Positions 35,011 through 49,057 of a DNA stretch of 64,000 nt are shown here, piece after piece. Numbering within the stretch: position 1 is the stretch's first letter; each line of letters starts with the position of its first letter. The notes under the pieces were generated by a model, which had not been told where the DNA came from, made no database searches, and was given only the letters and a program-made list of their open reading frames with translations. The translations under genes were made by a program, and so were the position numbers. The stretch comes from Lama glama (Eukaryota), in the NCBI GenBank assembly GCA_028534125.1, contig CM052818.1, positions 3,474,001 through 3,538,000 of the forward strand, written 5' to 3'.

Positions 35011-38000
35011 TGGTACAGCATGACGTGCCGGCCAGTGTGGGGACACAGAGGAGTCAGGGGTGGCTCGGGAGAGTCTAATTTGCTCTGTGACTTCAGGCAA
35101 ATCACTTAATTTTTAAATTTGTTTTTTCAGAATCAGTGAGCCAGCAATCTTTCTTAACCCATTATGGTTAAAAATCTTTACATCATTTTCTGTATAAAAC
35201 AACTCCTCCCAGAAATAAACCAGTAAACCGAAGGAGGTAGAATGGCAAGCCTTTGTAGGTCCTGGCTGAGGGGAGTTGTAATTGTCCTCCCACTGACCAG
35301 ATCTGAATTATGAACTCTACAAAATTCTCCGCATATTTCCATATCTGAGCAACCCCGAAAGTTTGTGGAAGCATTTTCTGACTTGAATTGCTCCGAGTGA
35401 GGTTCGGGTGGGAAGGGATAGTAAAGGTCAGAATGTTATGAGAGAAGATTTTGAGAATCCTTTGTACCAGGAAGAATTTTCAGGAAGAGTCTAGCACTTG
35501 CAGCTAGCTAATGGTCTTGGGTTCAAGTTCTTTCGCTTCTGCTCCTTGTCAGTATGGCTTCGGAGAGGTCATTTAACCCGTGTGAGCCATTGCTTCCTCA
35601 TTTGTTGTAAACGTCCTTCCTACCTCCATAGGAATGCTGTGACCCTGAAGTGAGTACAAGAGAGACAGCTGGCTCTGCCAGTCAGAATGGGGAAGGTTTG
35701 CTGAGCATCTAGCGTATACTTTCTCAGCTCTGAGATGCTATGGCAAATGGAGAAGCAATGGAAGGTTACTTGGCATCTGCCCTCCCAGTTGATGTGACGT
35801 GACCAACACACAGGAAACAAGTGCACCCCACAAAACAAGAGCTGTTGAAATGCTGGGGTGTGTGGTGTGGTCTCTGAATTCCGGATGAACTGAAATGGTT
35901 AGGGAAGATATCACGGAGCTGGATTGTTCTTAATTGTGAGTCTTTTCTCTGGAACCCCTTCTCCGAGGAACCTTGTTTTAGGGACCATATCTAGTTCAGC
36001 ACGTTTGCACATGTTATATTCTTAGTAAAGTTGAAGGAAGTATTGCAGCATCTTCAGTTTCTTTTGAGGAACAGAATTGCCTACATAAATAAATTGTATG
36101 TTCTGTGTTTACACCCAAAGCCAAAGAGCTTTGTCATTCCATGTGATTTTGAATCACTCCAGAATAATGCACATTAGCACATTAAGGCAATACCGGCTAC
36201 AACATTTTGTGCCTACTTTCTCCCTCCATCATTATCTTCATTATCATTAGGTCTGCTATGTGTACTGTAAACAATCTCATTTCTTCTCTTACGTTATGGG
36301 CAATTTTTAGGAAAGAGGCTTCCTTCCTATGACCGGGACTCCTGTCTTGACGGAGGGCGAGTCTCCCAAGTTGGAACAGATTTGAATGAGTGAAAATGTG
36401 GAGTTTCATTTGAGATCCATTGTGAGTGAGTCTGCTCGAGCTGGTCAGTTTTCTCCTTGGGCCGTGAGTTAACCTTGGCAGACAGCGGTAGGCAAGGATT
36501 TCTGCAGAGCCACAAGATGGTTGGATGAAAGAGTTTGCAGCATCCCTATATTATGAAAATAGAAGGCCAAGCATAGCACTGATGTTACATTATCATTTGT
36601 AATTATAATGATCTTACATAATAATGCCTTTCATCTAGGACTTGAATCCTGGAGAAAGCAGTATAATGCTGTGTAATTTGTTTGGTGTCTGTTTTTAAGG
36701 ACCCTTAGAGCTATTGTACCGGGACCTTCAGAGTGAGAGAAAGATTATTGTCCCTCTGGTACTGAGCATGAATTTGAGAACAAAATGTAGACTTTATTAT
36801 CCTTCAGGGTCAGGAAGAAAGAAGAGGACTCAGGCCTCAGCAGTTGGGCCCTTCCAGTGTTCACAGAAGTGGCAGGTCTCCTGCTAAGACTCTTGACTCA
36901 CTATTTTCTCTGGTCAATGAATCTTGCTGGTTCAGGAAGTGCTGATTATCTTACAGGTTTGTTAGACTTTTTCAATTTCCCCTGGGGGTAACCTAGCCCT
37001 GTTCCTCAGACCTTTGTCTTCTACTATTTTTAGAAGCCTGGGAATGTTGGTGTTTGGGGGAGTGGGCAGTATTTCAAGAATTCTATCTGGCCTTTGGTTA
37101 TGGGAAAATCTTGGTTTGACCAGAAGGTGTGTCTCAGTAATGATTAGGGAAAACCTGATATTCAGTGCTGTCTTTCCTTGCTGTCTCCTTGGATCAAAGG
37201 GAGCACGGTGATGTTCTCCTTCGGAGAAAACTTTCAAGGTTAGCATCAAGGGTGTTTAGTTCAAAAGCGTGGGAATTGGAGGTAGACAGCCCTTGGGTTG
37301 AATCCCAGACCTGACTCTGTGATGCTGGGCAATGGACTAAGATCCCGGCTTCTCCTGTACAAGATGCAGGTAATACCCTGAGTGTTTGTAAGAATAGAAG
37401 AAATTATGCAAAGCACTTAACATAGTGCCTGGCATGTAGTTAGCAGTCTGTAAATGGTAACTCTTACTATTTCGATGCATGAATTTTGTTTTTATCAGGC
37501 AGTATTTGTTTTGTTGTATGTAAAACCAGGTGGAGTTAGAGTCTTGGAGATAGATGAATAGGTAGGTAATATCTACAGACAAATACCTGTTTCTATATCT
37601 GTATCTGTAACTTTATCTGTCAGTGTATCCACAAACCCCAGGGTGAGGAATAAGAAGAGAGAATCTTGGATAAACATTGTGGTTTGATTTTTTTTTTTCC
37701 CCCTGCTTGTCAGCCACTTGTGTGTTAGGAAAATTCCCCCAGCCTGTCTGGTTACCGTTGGTAAGATGGGCCCCTCTGCCCGGAGGAATGCCTGATCCCA
37801 GCTATGTATCCACCTTCAAACCTTGTGCTCTCACACAGGCCTCCTGTTTCACTCAGGCCTGTGCCCTCCGCAGCATCCATGAACCACGGATTTAGCTCTT
37901 TCCAGTGCTTTACTGATAGCGTCCCCTGCACCTGGGGTACCCTCCCCGCACCTTAATCCCACCTAACCTTTGTCCTTCCTAACAGCTGTCCAAGTGACCA

Positions 38001-39879
38001 GTCCTGCCTCCTGTCCTCTGGATGCCTGTCATTCTTGCTGACTGTTTGGGCCTGTAATCGCAAAGTTTTATCTTGTTATTTATCTATTTCATTTGTATCT
38101 ACTTTCTAGTGTTAATTAGTTCTCAGGAGGAAGGGTATAAACCTTAAGTTTATTTTGTATCCAATTCAGGACTCTTAAATTTGAACAATGTAAGAGTGGG
38201 TAGTGGAGGATGAATTAACTGAACGAATAATACAGTAAATCGATATGTGCTGATTCAGATTCACTGGGCAGGCACTAGAGACCAGACAGATTTGAGATAT
38301 ACAGACCACCCTTATCCCTATTCTAATAATGTAATAGATCTGTGTTTGGGACCTTATTGCAATGATAAGAAGTATCAAATCTTCTAGGTTTTCAGTAAAG
38401 TTGAAAACTAACAAAATTCAAAGCAAAGTAAAACACCTTCCAGAAAACCATGTAAATCTCTCTCTATTGATTGGATTCAATTAAGGGGAACCTAATACTA
38501 TCAATCTCAAAAGCAGAGATATAAGGCATAACTATGGTATAAGGTAACTTAACTCTGTAAAGGAACTCGAGAACTGAATGCTATACCGTGAAGATGGAGG
38601 AGATTAGTTCGAGTATCAGAAACTCAGATACAACTGAAATTTGTCTTTAAGGAAGGCATGCATTAATTTTCAAGCTTGTGTGGTTGCTGTCCTGCAGTGC
38701 ATTAGACAGTGACTCTCAGCCAGTGTGTGGAGCAGTGAGCATGGGGGCAGGGGGGCAGATAGGAAGGAGATAAAGAATTTGAAAATGCCCATGTCCAGCC
38801 AGGAAAGGAGGAGACCTTAGCGAGGATGGCAGTGATGGTATACCCTCTTAAGAGGCATACTGCAGACTTAAGAGGTTGGGGTGGGAGAGGACATGAGACT
38901 TTTATGTCTTCAAAAAGAAGATGGCTTGTAAAAGTCTCATAACTATGGCACTAGCAGCTCAGTTATCAATTGAGTCTAGAGAGATGGTGCCTAAAATTGA
39001 TCACTATATGTAGCTCTTAGAACATAGATAGGGACTTCTCCCTGTTCTTGCTGCTTTAAGAGAGGAGAATTGAAAAGACGGGTCATCAGAACATGTTACC
39101 TGGTGGTTTGCCCTGGGAGCTCCGTGACCTTGTTGAAAGGTCAGCTCTTCGGTGTCTCTCTGAACAGTGATGAGAATTCACTTGAAAAAAGTTACCTTCA
39201 GATAATATAGACTTGCCCAGAAGATGAAGGATTTCTTTCTCTTTTAAAAATCATAGTCTCAGAATATTACTGTGCTATATTAATAATATAAAATGGGTTA
39301 TATTTAAGTGGCTCTCTACTCACCCAGCATTATTAATGGAGGTGAAAGATCACGTTCCTTTTCTGTTCACCTTCCATACCTTTCCCTTACACTAGAAACA
39401 TCAGTCTTAATAATTAGATGTCAGAGGTGAGGGAAATCTAAGAAGACTCTTGGACTTCTGGCTTAAGTGACTAGACAGATAATGGTGTCAATAAAAGGAA
39501 GAGAGAGCAGAGTATGAGGGAAAGAGAATGGCTTTAGTTTGAGACTTTTTCGCATGAATCACTGTTCAAAATCCAAGGGTGGCTCCAGTTCAGGACAGCG
39601 TCGGATAGGGCTGGCCTGGATTTTCAGGTTTGATGGGAGTTGTTTTATAACCACGTGCTATTAATGAAAAGGGAAATGGAATGAGATCACGCATCTCACA
39701 AGGAGACCTTGACCATCCAGGATGAGGAACCCGGCATGTGTTATTTTGCCAGGTAGCCCGTGGTAGCTGATTTTCCTTGCTTATTGTCCATCTCCCCCAA
39801 CTAGAATTTCACCTCCGTGAAAGCAGAGACCGTGACTGTCCTGTTCATTGCTCTATCCCCAGTGCCTCGTGTAGGAGCT

Positions 39880-40680
39880 CAGTGAAACCAGCTGAATGAA
39901 TGAGTGAGCCTGTGAAGGCGGGAGAAGGAAGGACTGAAGATGGGGATGGAGAATCCGGAGAGAGTGAGTGGTGAAAATGATTCGTAGGCTGATTGAAAAG
40001 AAGGAGGGTGTGGATATGTCAGGGTGTTAGAAATCAGAAGGGTCACGATAAGGACAGAAAGGTGTTTATTGGATTTGGAAATTTGGAGATCAGTCATGAG
40101 CTTTGTTAGAGCATTTTAAGTGGAGCAATGGAGTGGAGCCGAGGTGAGTGGAGCCGAAATGAATGAATGGAAGGTGAAGTGGGTGCTGAGTCAGAGAGGA
40201 ATTTGTTATTATTTTAAAATGGTGGAGGAGTCTTGAGGACATTAAGCAGAGAAGAAGTGCCCAACAGAGAGGAAGAAGTTGGAAATGTAGTCCCAGTGAG
40301 GGGGTTATTGATGGAATAGGACTGAGGAAGTGACAGCAGATCATGAGTGGAATCATGAACTTAGGTGAGGAGAAGACCTTGGACAGGAGAAAGGGTGCTT
40401 TATTCACTGACCTGGAAAGAAGAGGAGTAGGAATGGGGACAGCGGAGAAGCAATGGGTTAGGTTTAGTAAGTTGAGGGGGTTCTCGCCTCATGGCTTCTG
40501 CTTTCTATTGAAGGCTGTGGGGTGGAAATAGAATCAGGGATTTGAAGAGAGTAAGGAGGGATGTGGAGTTCTTTGGGTTTATGGAGAGAAGGAATGACAG
40601 AGGGTAAGTAGAAGAATGGCCTGGTCATTTGGAGAGCCCATTGGAGATGACTCATTGTAGGAACTGAGGTTTTCCTGACC
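39880..40680 (-). mobile_element. L2 fragment
   Basis: Purine-rich antisense L2 texture (ATAAGGACAGAAAGGTGTTTATTGGATTTGG...GGAGATCAGT). Confidence 0.55.
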
Positions 40681-41910
40681 CCTGAGGGTTTGTCAGTTTT
40701 GAAAAATGTACTATTTCAGATTGGATTTTTTTTTTGAAATACATTGTATACTTCCTTTCTTCTAAATTATATGCCACAGAGGCAGTATAATATAGGCGGA
40801 AAAGACCCCTGATCTCAACCTGTCTGGTGACCACCATGCCCTGTCCTGTGGTCAGAGGGCTTCTCAGCTCTGTCCATCATCGGGTCCTTGTCTAAATGAG
40901 GGCAAGGTGATGGTGAAGTTGCTTTCCAGCTCACATCTTAATATTCTTTTATTTCTCAAATGCATTGTTACCAGAATGTTACTGCTTTGTTACAGATCTG
41001 GTAGGATCTTTGCTTAATACGATTAAGACGTTTGCTCCTGAATAAAATGGCCCTGGGTTGCTACGCTCTTTGAAGTTCAGGCTTGTGCTTTGTGGTGTTT
41101 TCTGCTTCCTTTCTTTCAACATTGTCAGCTGTCACTTCTTGCTGCTACCGTGCGTCTTCCAGAATTAGTGCCTCGCTACCTTGCCGTGGACTTAGAAGCT
41201 AGATGACTAAGCTCGTTAGAACCGCAAGTAACAATAAAAAGGCCCTTAGTGAGCATTTGAGGATCTTGTCTGTGATTAAAGTACGTGAGCTGCTGAGCAT
41301 GGGTTTCCTGTCCCTGGTTGGCACAGAAACCAGTTTTTTATGTCATGTTTTTGAAAGGTTGAGTTCTGAAGAGATAACGAGTTACCATTTGATATTTACT
41401 ATTAGTTAAATACGTTTCAAACCTTTTGTCTGAAAAGTTGAGCGTCAGTGCCGTAGGGCCTGAACCCATTTCTATTTCCTTTTCATTTACTATCCCTTCT
41501 CTTACTGTCTCCCAGCCTGCCCTCCTCAGTGCCTTCTCCACACTTTCAATGTAAGGCATTGTCCTAAGCACCATCATTGTATTATTTCAGTCATTTTCAG
41601 TTTTGATTTTTTTGCAACCACGGAGAAGTTCCCAAGATTATAATCCACTGTTCAGTGCTGTGTATGTTAGTATCTCAGTAAGGGCCCTGCTGGAGACTCA
41701 GATGGTATTTGGTGTTGGGCCTGGAAGACTGAAAACAATGAAATGAATGCTAGTTCCATATACAATCCTTAGGAGATAGGAAGAAAGCAATCCGGAAGTC
41801 TTTAATAAATTTTTTATGAAAAAAAATTAATCCGTAGTATAGTAGAATAATTAAAAGATAAAGCCAGACAAAAAGAGAAAACATGACCCATAATTCCATA
41901 GATTACCATT

Positions 41911-42441
41911 TTTTTTTGAGAGTCAGAAGTTATTTATTTTGTTTATAATCCATCCAGTGTGATTAAGAGAAGCATCCTTGCATTTACCATTTACTTTAAA
42001 TCATTTACATAGAAAGAATTATACACCTGTTAGGAGCATGGGCTCTGGAGTCAGACAGACCTGGAACAAAATATGGCAGCCCCACACTTGGCTCTGCATG
42101 TGACCCTGGGCAATTACACAATCTCTCTTCACCTAAGTCCCCTTATTAGAAAAAATGGCAAAGTTAGAGTTAGGGTTAGGGTTAGGGTTAGGGTTAGAAG
42201 TTAATCCTCTAGGATTAATAATTTGTCAGAGTTTTTATTATTCATGGCCATGAAATCATATGTGTTAACAGGAGTATCATGACTTAGAAGAGGCTGGGAG
42301 AAATATAATCTTTCAATACAAAAAGCTTGCTCTGTTAGTTGAGTTATCTGTGTGCAAGTAATATCGGCGAAAATAAAAAGACATCTTTACAGGCATTGTG
42401 CTTGCTGAGCGTGCAGACTGGCACTTTCTTTGCTCAGTTAT
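41911..42441 (-). pseudogene. Orphan retrocopy (3'UTR/lncRNA fragment or L1 3' transduction)
   Basis: 14-bp TSD CATAGATTACCATT at 41897-41910 and 42442-42455; T-run at 41909-41917; AATAAA on the minus strand (41933-41938) 15 nt before the tail; mostly unique content plus a MIR piece. Confidence 0.8.
42164..42199 (+). repeat. Short interstitial telomeric repeat
   Basis: TTAGAG (TTAGGG)4 TTAGAA; perfect units at 42170-42193. Confidence 0.95.
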
Positions 42442-42919
42442 CATAGATTACCATTGTTAACATTTTGGTGTGTACCTTCCAGACTTGTGCATTTAAAAAA
42501 AAATAAGAATATGCTTTTTACGTCATCCTCTGCAGTTTGTTTGTTTGCTTTCTCACTTAGCAATATATTCTAACTATCTTTTTGTGCTCAGTGTCTGCAT
42601 CAACAGTCTTCATTCATTGTGTGGATGTTTTGTGATTTATTTAACCAGTCTCCTAATAGACATTAAGGTTATTTATAACTATTACAAAACAACCGCGGTA
42701 AGTATTTGTTAAAGCATTTGGGTATTCATTCCAGTACTTCCTTAGAATAAATTTCTAAATGTGAAATGGCTAGATCAAAAGATATACATATTTTAGCTTT
42801 TAATACATCTTATAAAATAGCCTCCAAAAAGATTAAACCAATGTATACTTCCACCAGAAGTGTATCTTTTTTATGAGGTTGAACATGTTTTATTTCTTTC
42901 TTTTTCTTTCTTCCTTCAT

Positions 42920-43035
42920 CCCTTTTTTCCTTTCCTTTCCTTTCCTTTCCTTTCCTTTCCTTTCCTTTCCTTTCCTTTTCCTTTTCCTTTTCCTTTTCCT
43001 TTCCTCCCTCCTTCCTTCCTTCTTTCTTTCTTTCA
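42920..43035 (+). repeat. (TTTCC)n/(TTTTCC)n microsatellite within an antisense old L1
   Basis: Direct reading of the repeat units. Confidence 0.95.
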
Positions 43036-44249
43036 TATTTCTTCTGTGGTAAATTTTTTGTTTCTTTGCTCAGTTCTATTAAGGCATTCATCTTCCTTAA
43101 TGATTTACAGAGATTCTTTACATATTTAAAATATTAATCCTTTGTTTTATGTATATATATAGAGAGAGGAGGGGAGTTTTTTTTTTTTCTTCTATTTTGT
43201 CATTTACCTTCTGTTAAGGTGGGGATTTTGCAGATATTTTTAATTTTTGTGCAATCAATTATGTCAATATTTTCCTTCCTGATTTTTGTCTGCAGTCATA
43301 CTTGGAAAGGGCTGAGGAGGAAAATGGAGCCTCGGTCACAGTGATCCTGCTGAGTCTGAAGTTTATCTTTGAGCAACAGGGAAGCCATTCAGAGTTTTCA
43401 GAGGGGTATTAAGAGTTTTAAGCATGGTCAGATTTGCAGTGTGGTTAAATCTGTGGAGGTGGACACAAGGGAGATGAGTTGAGAGCATTCAGGAGGCCCT
43501 TACCACGATCCGGGTTACAGGCAGTGAGGGTCTGAGTGGCAGAGTGGTGACAGGAACAGAGTCAGTATTTAGTCCTGTCATCAGGACTTGGTGCCTGTTT
43601 GGATTTAGATGTTGAAGGAGAGAGATGGGAATCAAAATAATTCTAGGTTTCTAGTTTGAGTGCCCAGATATGTGAGACAGAAGTGGCACTAACCGAGCTG
43701 TATTATTCAGGAGGAGAGGGAAGGTTGAAAGAGGGAAGACACAGGTTTCATGAGGGAAGATAATGAGTATGATCTGATCAGTTCGTAATGTGTGTGGGTT
43801 ATCTACTGCTGTGTAACAAACTACCCTACAGCCCAGTGGCTTAAAATAGCAGTTTATTATTTCTCATGATTCTGTAGGTTGACTGGGGGCTAAGCTGGAT
43901 TTCTGCTCATCTCATTTAGGGTCTGTTAAAATTGTCTTTCCTCCCACCACTGCATTATTTACCTGATTTCAGAATATCCCAACATGGACTGATAAATCAC
44001 ATTTCTAACATCACACTTTATCCTTTGCAGAAATACATATGTCAGACAAATCCAGGAAACCCTATGGGTTTATACACAGAGCTCTGGTGTGTTTTACCCC
44101 CTGGGGGATACAGTGAGAACTGGGTGAAGGGTGTGCCTTTTAAAATTTTTACTTATTTATTTATGGTAAAGTGGGATAAAGGCTTTGGGGAACTTGGGCA
44201 AGTCATTCATAGAAACAAGCATCTAAGGAAGATCAAGACTCATCCTTGG

Positions 44250-45340
44250 ACAAAGAAGGAGAAAATTTCACCCTCTGAGACAGGAGGAGATAATGAATCA
44301 ATGTGGATAGGGAGAAGCTTGTGGGTGGTAACAAGGAGAGAAGAGAAGGAATTGCCGGCCAGTGTGGACAGAGAGAAGTTTGTAGTGGGACCGCTGTGGG
44401 TGTGCGGGGAGATAGGAATTTGAAGGTGGTCATGGCCGATGTCCTCAGTTTTCTGGAATAAGGAGGCGAGGTTGTCTGCTGAGGGTAGTGGTGAGGATGG
44501 GGCTGAGGAGACTCCTGAGGGTTCGGGTTAGTCACTGAGAGGAATGGGAGAGGGAGCTCTCCAAGGACAAGTAAAGGACTCAGGCCGGATGAAGACCATG
44601 AGTTGATAGTGATGCTCTTTTGCAAGGCTGTGTGGTTTGTCTCTGGTAGAACTCAGGAGCTTGGGGTTTGGTGGATTTAGCACTGATCCAGGGTTTAGAT
44701 GTTTGGGGAGGTCAGGTGTGCAGAGGAATCAAAGGAGCAGTCCAGGTCGTCAGCCATGGGGCCAGAATGGGGGAGAGAAGACCCTTTAAGGAGAAGATTG
44801 ATTGATTGGGAGAAAATGAAAAACAAATCAGAGCCTGGCAGATGGGTGAGTCTGAAAACAGATCAGCCCAGAGTGAAAGCTGAGAGACTGGAAAGCTTGG
44901 AGGGTGTGTCAGAAGGTGAACAATTGACATTTAAGATTTGTATGGACAAGGTCTGGGGTGTGGCTGTGTATATGGATGTTTAAGAGGACCCAAGGTCATT
45001 GTCATGAGGATATTTTGGAGGCTGAAGTATAGGAATAAATCATCCTTGGGGATTTTGAAACCACCCAGGATGATGGCAGGGGCTGTGGTGGAGAGGACGC
45101 GGGATGCCAGAGGCTTCAGTGAACGGTGGGAAATGAGTAGGAGGCTGGAAGCCACCCGAGCCAGGTGGTACGAGCTAGGAGGGGCAGGCATCTTTACATG
45201 GGGGTAGAACAGGGAAGGAGTAATGATCTGGAACCAGCTTAGGAGAACAAGGGAAAATCTGACCTCCTGCCGTGAAGTTCTTGAGGTGAAGGAAAATCTG
45301 ACGTCAGAGGGCTGCTGAGGCAAGTGATGTTGGCTGGCAT
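44250..45340 (-). mobile_element. L2 fragment including the endonuclease region
   Basis: Minus peptide VLSTTAPAIILGGFKIPKDD resembles the L2 APE motif (PAIILGDFNIHVDD). Confidence 0.65.
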
Positions 45341-47030
45341 GAGAGCTCTGGCTGGGCCAGAGCAATTTGGATGATATCTCTTTGGGCAGATTATGGAGCT
45401 AAATTACTGTGGTTATTGTCACATTTATGTAATTTATGGCCTTTGTGTTTCCTCTGATTAAAAGGAATAAACTTCCCTTTTACTGAAATTTACCTGTATT
45501 ATTTACATATTATATATATCATATTTACTTACGGTTAAGTAAGTATAAATATGTATATTTTTACCTTCTCCCTTTGGTCCTTGCTTTGAAAAGAAAGAGA
45601 TGAGACTCCGCATGGTCACCGTGCAGACATCCTCAGTATGTCGTTTTGAATGTGCCTTTTGCATTTTGTTGCTGTGAGTCTGTGCTCACCTTTAACTTTT
45701 AGGCCCTCCTGCTCAGGTTGGTTGGCTCTTGGTTCTCTCTTGTCACACTGAACTAATAATTAACCCTTCTGGAAGCCCTTTGCCTCAGGGGTTGCTGAGT
45801 GATGAAGGACCACTTCCCAGAGTTTTGACTCAGCAGCCTTTAGATAAAGGAAGAGGTCCGACTGTGTCAGCAAAAATGCTCGATCTGTGATTTAGAAATG
45901 GTATCTTGCATATTTCCAGTTATTCAGGAACCAAAACTGTTAGCTGGGCCGTCTCCATTAAGTGCTGCCTCCTCTCCATCCCTAATGCTTCAGACTCCTC
46001 GCTTCACTTCTTTGCACGGATGCAGGGTGCCGCGGGCGGTATCTGCTGACTTACTTTCCATGTGATTTAGTTGTTCCTGATGTTTGTTCTCTCGTACACT
46101 CAAGGGCACTTGGCACATACCTCTTTAGTTTTTGTCCCATCCCTACTGTATGTATGTGTGCGTTTATTTGTCTCTCTTTCTCTCTCTCTGTCTTCTAAGC
46201 TGTTCTCACCTACCTCTGACGCCTCCTGGACTCCTTGAGGGCATGATTAGGTTTCCACTTAACTTTTTATATGCTCTTAATAAGTACATACTTAGAAAGT
46301 AGGTATTGAATTAATGCATTAAACTTAGAATTCAGTCAGCCTAACCCACACATTTTGCAAAGGAGAAAACTATGCCCAGAGGATTATATGACATGTCCAA
46401 GGCTACCAGGTTCAGATGGGAATATTCTATTCTCAGGGTTTTTGGGGATTTCTGAAAGATTAGTGTCAAAACAACTAGGCCTGAATTGATTGTGTTCCCC
46501 AAACTTAGAGATCATTGGACTTCTTGAAAGTTTAATCGTATCTTCTAGGAATAGGAACTTTCAGCCTCATTTCGACTATCACCCTGTTTGGGGATGAAAT
46601 GTGGGTGGGGATTTTGTTGTTCTTTAATTAACTGCTGAGATTGAGGAGTGAGGGTCCAGGTACAGGAAGGCTCTGTCCTGCTTGCAAAACTGGTAGGTTT
46701 GCTTTTTCCTTGACCTGTACCTTCAGGACGTCCTTCTATCCCTTGGGTGCTAATAGGGACATGGAGCCATGCACTGGGGACATGGTGAAGGGTACCGGAT
46801 AATCTCTGACCTGGCAGGCAGAAAGCAGCATATCTGGGGCACTTGCGAGTGGTCTAGGGGAATTGGGGTTACAAGAAAGAACATTATAATTAGGTGCCAG
46901 AAGTTGATAGATAGGTCATTTGTGGCTGGTAGGGTTGGCAGGGAACAGTGAGTCACACTGCCAGGTTGACAGGGGACTGAAAGAGAGCAAATTCTTAGTA
47001 ATAGCTGGGAGAGCCCTTTTTCCATTTAGA

Positions 47031-47270
47031 CCAGTGGTTCTTAACTGGGGGCTATTTTGCCCACCAAGGGATGTTTGGTCAATGTCTGGAGATATTTTTA
47101 GTTGTCACAACTCAGTGAGGAGTGTGTGTGTGTGTGTGTGTGTTGCTGGCATCACATGGGTATTGGCCAGGGATGCTGCTGAACATCCTGTGTGCACCAG
47201 ACAGCCCCTCAGTAAAAAGAATTAATTACCCAGCCCGAAGTGAGTAGTGCTCAGGTTGAGAAACCCTGAT
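47031..47270. mobile_element. MER20 with internal (TG)n
   Basis: CAGTGGTTCTTAACTGGGG...AATGTCTGGAGATATTTTTAGTTGTCACAACT...AGGTTGAGAAACCCTG. Confidence 0.88.
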
Positions 47271-47364
47271 TTAGACCTTGATGATTAGTTAAGTCATAAA
47301 AACAAATGTTTTATATGTATTCTTTACCTTGAATTCTAATGGCAAAGTTGGATATATTTGACCT

Positions 47365-48200
47365 TTTTCAATTGAAACAAAATTCCCGTAACATAATGAA
47401 TCATTTTAAAGTCAACAGTCCTGTAGCATTTAGTACATATTCATAGTGTTGTGCAGCCATCACCTCTATCTAGTTCCAGAACATTTTCATCATCCTGAAA
47501 GGAATGTAGCCATTAAGCAGTTACTCCCCATTTCCTCTTTCCCCAGCCCCTTGAATTACCAATTTACTTTCTGTCTCTGTGGATTTACTGATTTTGGATA
47601 TTTCATATTAATGGAATCATATAATAAATGATTGTCTTTTGTGACTTGTTTTTTTTCACTTAGCTTAATGTTTTTGAGGTTCATTCCTATTGTGGCATGT
47701 ATCAGTACCCCATCCTTTTTATGGCTGAATAATATTCCACTGTATAGACACATACCACAGTTTGTTTATCCGTTCATTCATTAAGAAATACTTGGGTAGT
47801 TTTCCACTTTTGGCTATTGTGAATAATGCAGCCGTGAACATTTGTGTACAAGTTTTTGTTTGAAAAACAAACTTCTTTTTCAGGTTTTTTTTGTTTGTTT
47901 GTTTTTGAGTATATACCCAGAAGTGTAATTGCTGGGTTATATGGTAATCCTTTGTTTAGCTTTTTGAGGAACGGCCAAACTGTTCTCCATAGTGGCTGAA
48001 CTATTTTTACATTCCTACCAGCAAAGTATGAAGGTTCCAGTTCCTCCACATCCTTCTTGCCAACATTTGATTTTTTTTTTTAATTTTTATTTTTGATAAC
48101 AGCCATCCTAGTAGATGTGAAGTAGTATCTCATTGTGGTTTAAAAAGAAAGCTCTTTTTTCATTGTAGTAAAAAATATGCATAACATAAAATTTACCACT
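47365..48200 (-). mobile_element. L1 (L1MB-like) 3' end, antisense
   Basis: Minus peptide VQPLWRTVWPFLKKLNKGLPYNPAITLLGIY (ORF2 C-terminus) and a typical 3'UTR. Confidence 0.9.
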
Positions 48201-49057
48201 GTTAATAGTTTACCTTTTGATATATAGACTGGTCATTCAACAAATATATCTTGAGATCCTCCTCACAAGGGCTCTGTTGAAAGCACTGCATACATTGTGA
48301 TGAGCAGAACAGGTAGAAGCCCCGAGGAGACAGGCGTTACTGAGTGCCCACCACTAAGTTCTGGAAGTGATTTTAGCAGAAAGTATAGGAGATATGTTAT
48401 TGTGGCAAAGTTGATTGTCACAATTTCTTGATTTCTGTGTGAGTGTGTGTGTGTATATGTATGTGTGTAGTTCCTTTCATGTAAGGGCAAATTCATAGTT
48501 TGCAAATTCATAGTTTAAAAGATACAGAGGAAAGAATAAATAGAAAGAAATGCCAGACCCAGCAGTGAGAAGGAGGGAGGACTGAGGCTGGGGCATCTGT
48601 CTCTTCCCCGTAGTAGTCCATGAGGTAAATCCTGTGTTTCAGGTTCCTGTAGAAACTCCCCAAGCAGGTTCTTAAAACATCTTCCCTTGTGATCTGTCAT
48701 TATCTTTTGAACCGTATAGATGGGACAGTCGTATTTCCTTTCAAATTGGGTAAAAACCAAAATCATATATCCAGCTGCTCATCTGTGTCTTCTGGAAGGT
48801 TCAGAGCCCAAATGAGATGAGGTGGGGCTGTGGATGGAGTGCCTGGTAGGACTGAACTGCGGAGTCCCTTTCTGTGTGAAGTTCCCAAGATGTGGGCTGA
48901 GCTGAGGTCCAGGTCCACATAAGAAGCACAGTGGCAGTGGACAAGCAATTTCCTTGACAGACTGTGTACGAAAAGATTCCCCAGAAGGAAGGTTTATGAA
49001 AGTCCCATGAAGAAGGAGTACAGAAAGTGTTTGCTTTTTTTCTCCCATGGTTCGGGT

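Noticed and set aside
43932..44625. 163-aa and 130-aa ORFs in AAK1 intron 2
   Set aside because: No kinase similarity; they overlap L2-derived sequence.
48487..48516. Perfect 15-bp tandem duplication GCAAATTCATAGTTT x2
   Set aside because: Ordinary local duplication with no further structure.
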